The position numbers were made by a program, and so were the translations under genes. The notes under the pieces are model-generated. The model had not been told where the DNA came from and searched no databases. It saw nothing but the letters and a program-made list of their open reading frames with translations. DNA of 63,997 bases, filler included, from Dirinaria sp. TL-2023a (Eukaryota), in assembly GCA_051941275.1 (NCBI GenBank). It is 12 parts of 12 records of this genome, joined end to end, with 100 filler letters (N's around TTAATTAATTAA, not from the genome) between each part and the next. Parts side by side here need not be neighbours in the genome. Positions count along the whole stretch, not along the records: positions 59,094 to 63,997 come from JAVEBF010001756.1; 11 more parts are not named here. One strand, given 5' to 3'. Position 1 is the stretch's first letter. Each line of letters starts with the position of its first letter. This document shows, piece after piece, positions 63,409 to 63,997 of this stretch.

Positions 63409-63997
63409 ATGTACGGCAAGAAGATAATAGGACCAAATCCGGTTGCCATGTATGCAACTTCGACGTCTACAATTAATCGCGCTAGCAGCCAAATGAGAAA
63501 TACTTACGCACCTCATAAGCGCTCTCGATTGAATGATGATCCATCTTTTCTTGGGTCATCTGGCAGGTCACAGACAAACGACTCGGAATTAATGCCTCCT
63601 CCAAGCATCGACCGGTACGTGCCCACCCACCACACTACTGACAGACTCTATCAGGCTCCATCTGCGACGTCGTATCGGATTGGAGCTTTGAAAGACAAAG
63701 TAAATGTTCAGCAGTCAAGGACATTAGCGAAGGCCGATTTCGCACCAGGGATGATCATTCGGTGCGCATTACATGGTATGTACGAATTTTCTCCCTCCAA
63801 CTCAATTGCCCAAGGAGACCCATGATTCTGAGATGTTTTCGTTATGCCATCGTTGTAAGGTTTTCACTATTTGTTGCTGACTAGATATTGACAGAATCCG
63901 ACTATATGGGTGCCGCAGGCAAATCATCCATGACTCTTAAGAGGAAATTTCAATCCCAGAGCAGCTATGGTCCGGTTTTTACCAAGGTTCGAATCAT
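63409..63997 (+). CDS. DUF6590-like protein, truncated at the window end
   Basis: The intron at about 63776-63894 joins DFAPGMIIRCALH|ESDY..SSYGPVFTKVRI, which resembles the N-terminal strands of fungal DUF6590 (PemK/MazF-like) domains. Confidence 0.5.

Overview
This window is not one locus. It is twelve ~5.2-5.3 kb contigs, in descending length order, joined by artificial 100-nt linkers (44 N + TTAATTAATTAA + 44 N), so gene neighbourhoods are only meaningful within a contig. The DNA is from a filamentous ascomycete (Pezizomycotina): short GT-AG introns with CTRAC branch sites, and fungal gene families. Manual splicing gives about 23 protein-coding genes, many truncated at contig ends. They include queuine tRNA-ribosyltransferase, a Hos3-type HDAC, an MFS transporter divergent from a ThDP enzyme, a Sef1/Leu3-like Zn2Cys6 factor, an RGS-like/LOV/PAS blue-light receptor, an OTT_1508-like deaminase head-to-head with Dicer-like 2, an F-box protein, a PD-(D/E)xK-fold protein with altered catalytic residues, TMEM135-like, bHLH, three small Myb/SANT-like genes, an Hsp70-like protein, three secreted proteins and a DUF6590-like fragment. 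The best candidate for a new system is the deaminase-dcl2 pair, a possible RNA-editing/RNAi antiviral module whose Dicer needs non-canonical GC-AG introns. All family assignments come from motif recognition by eye, not from database searches.
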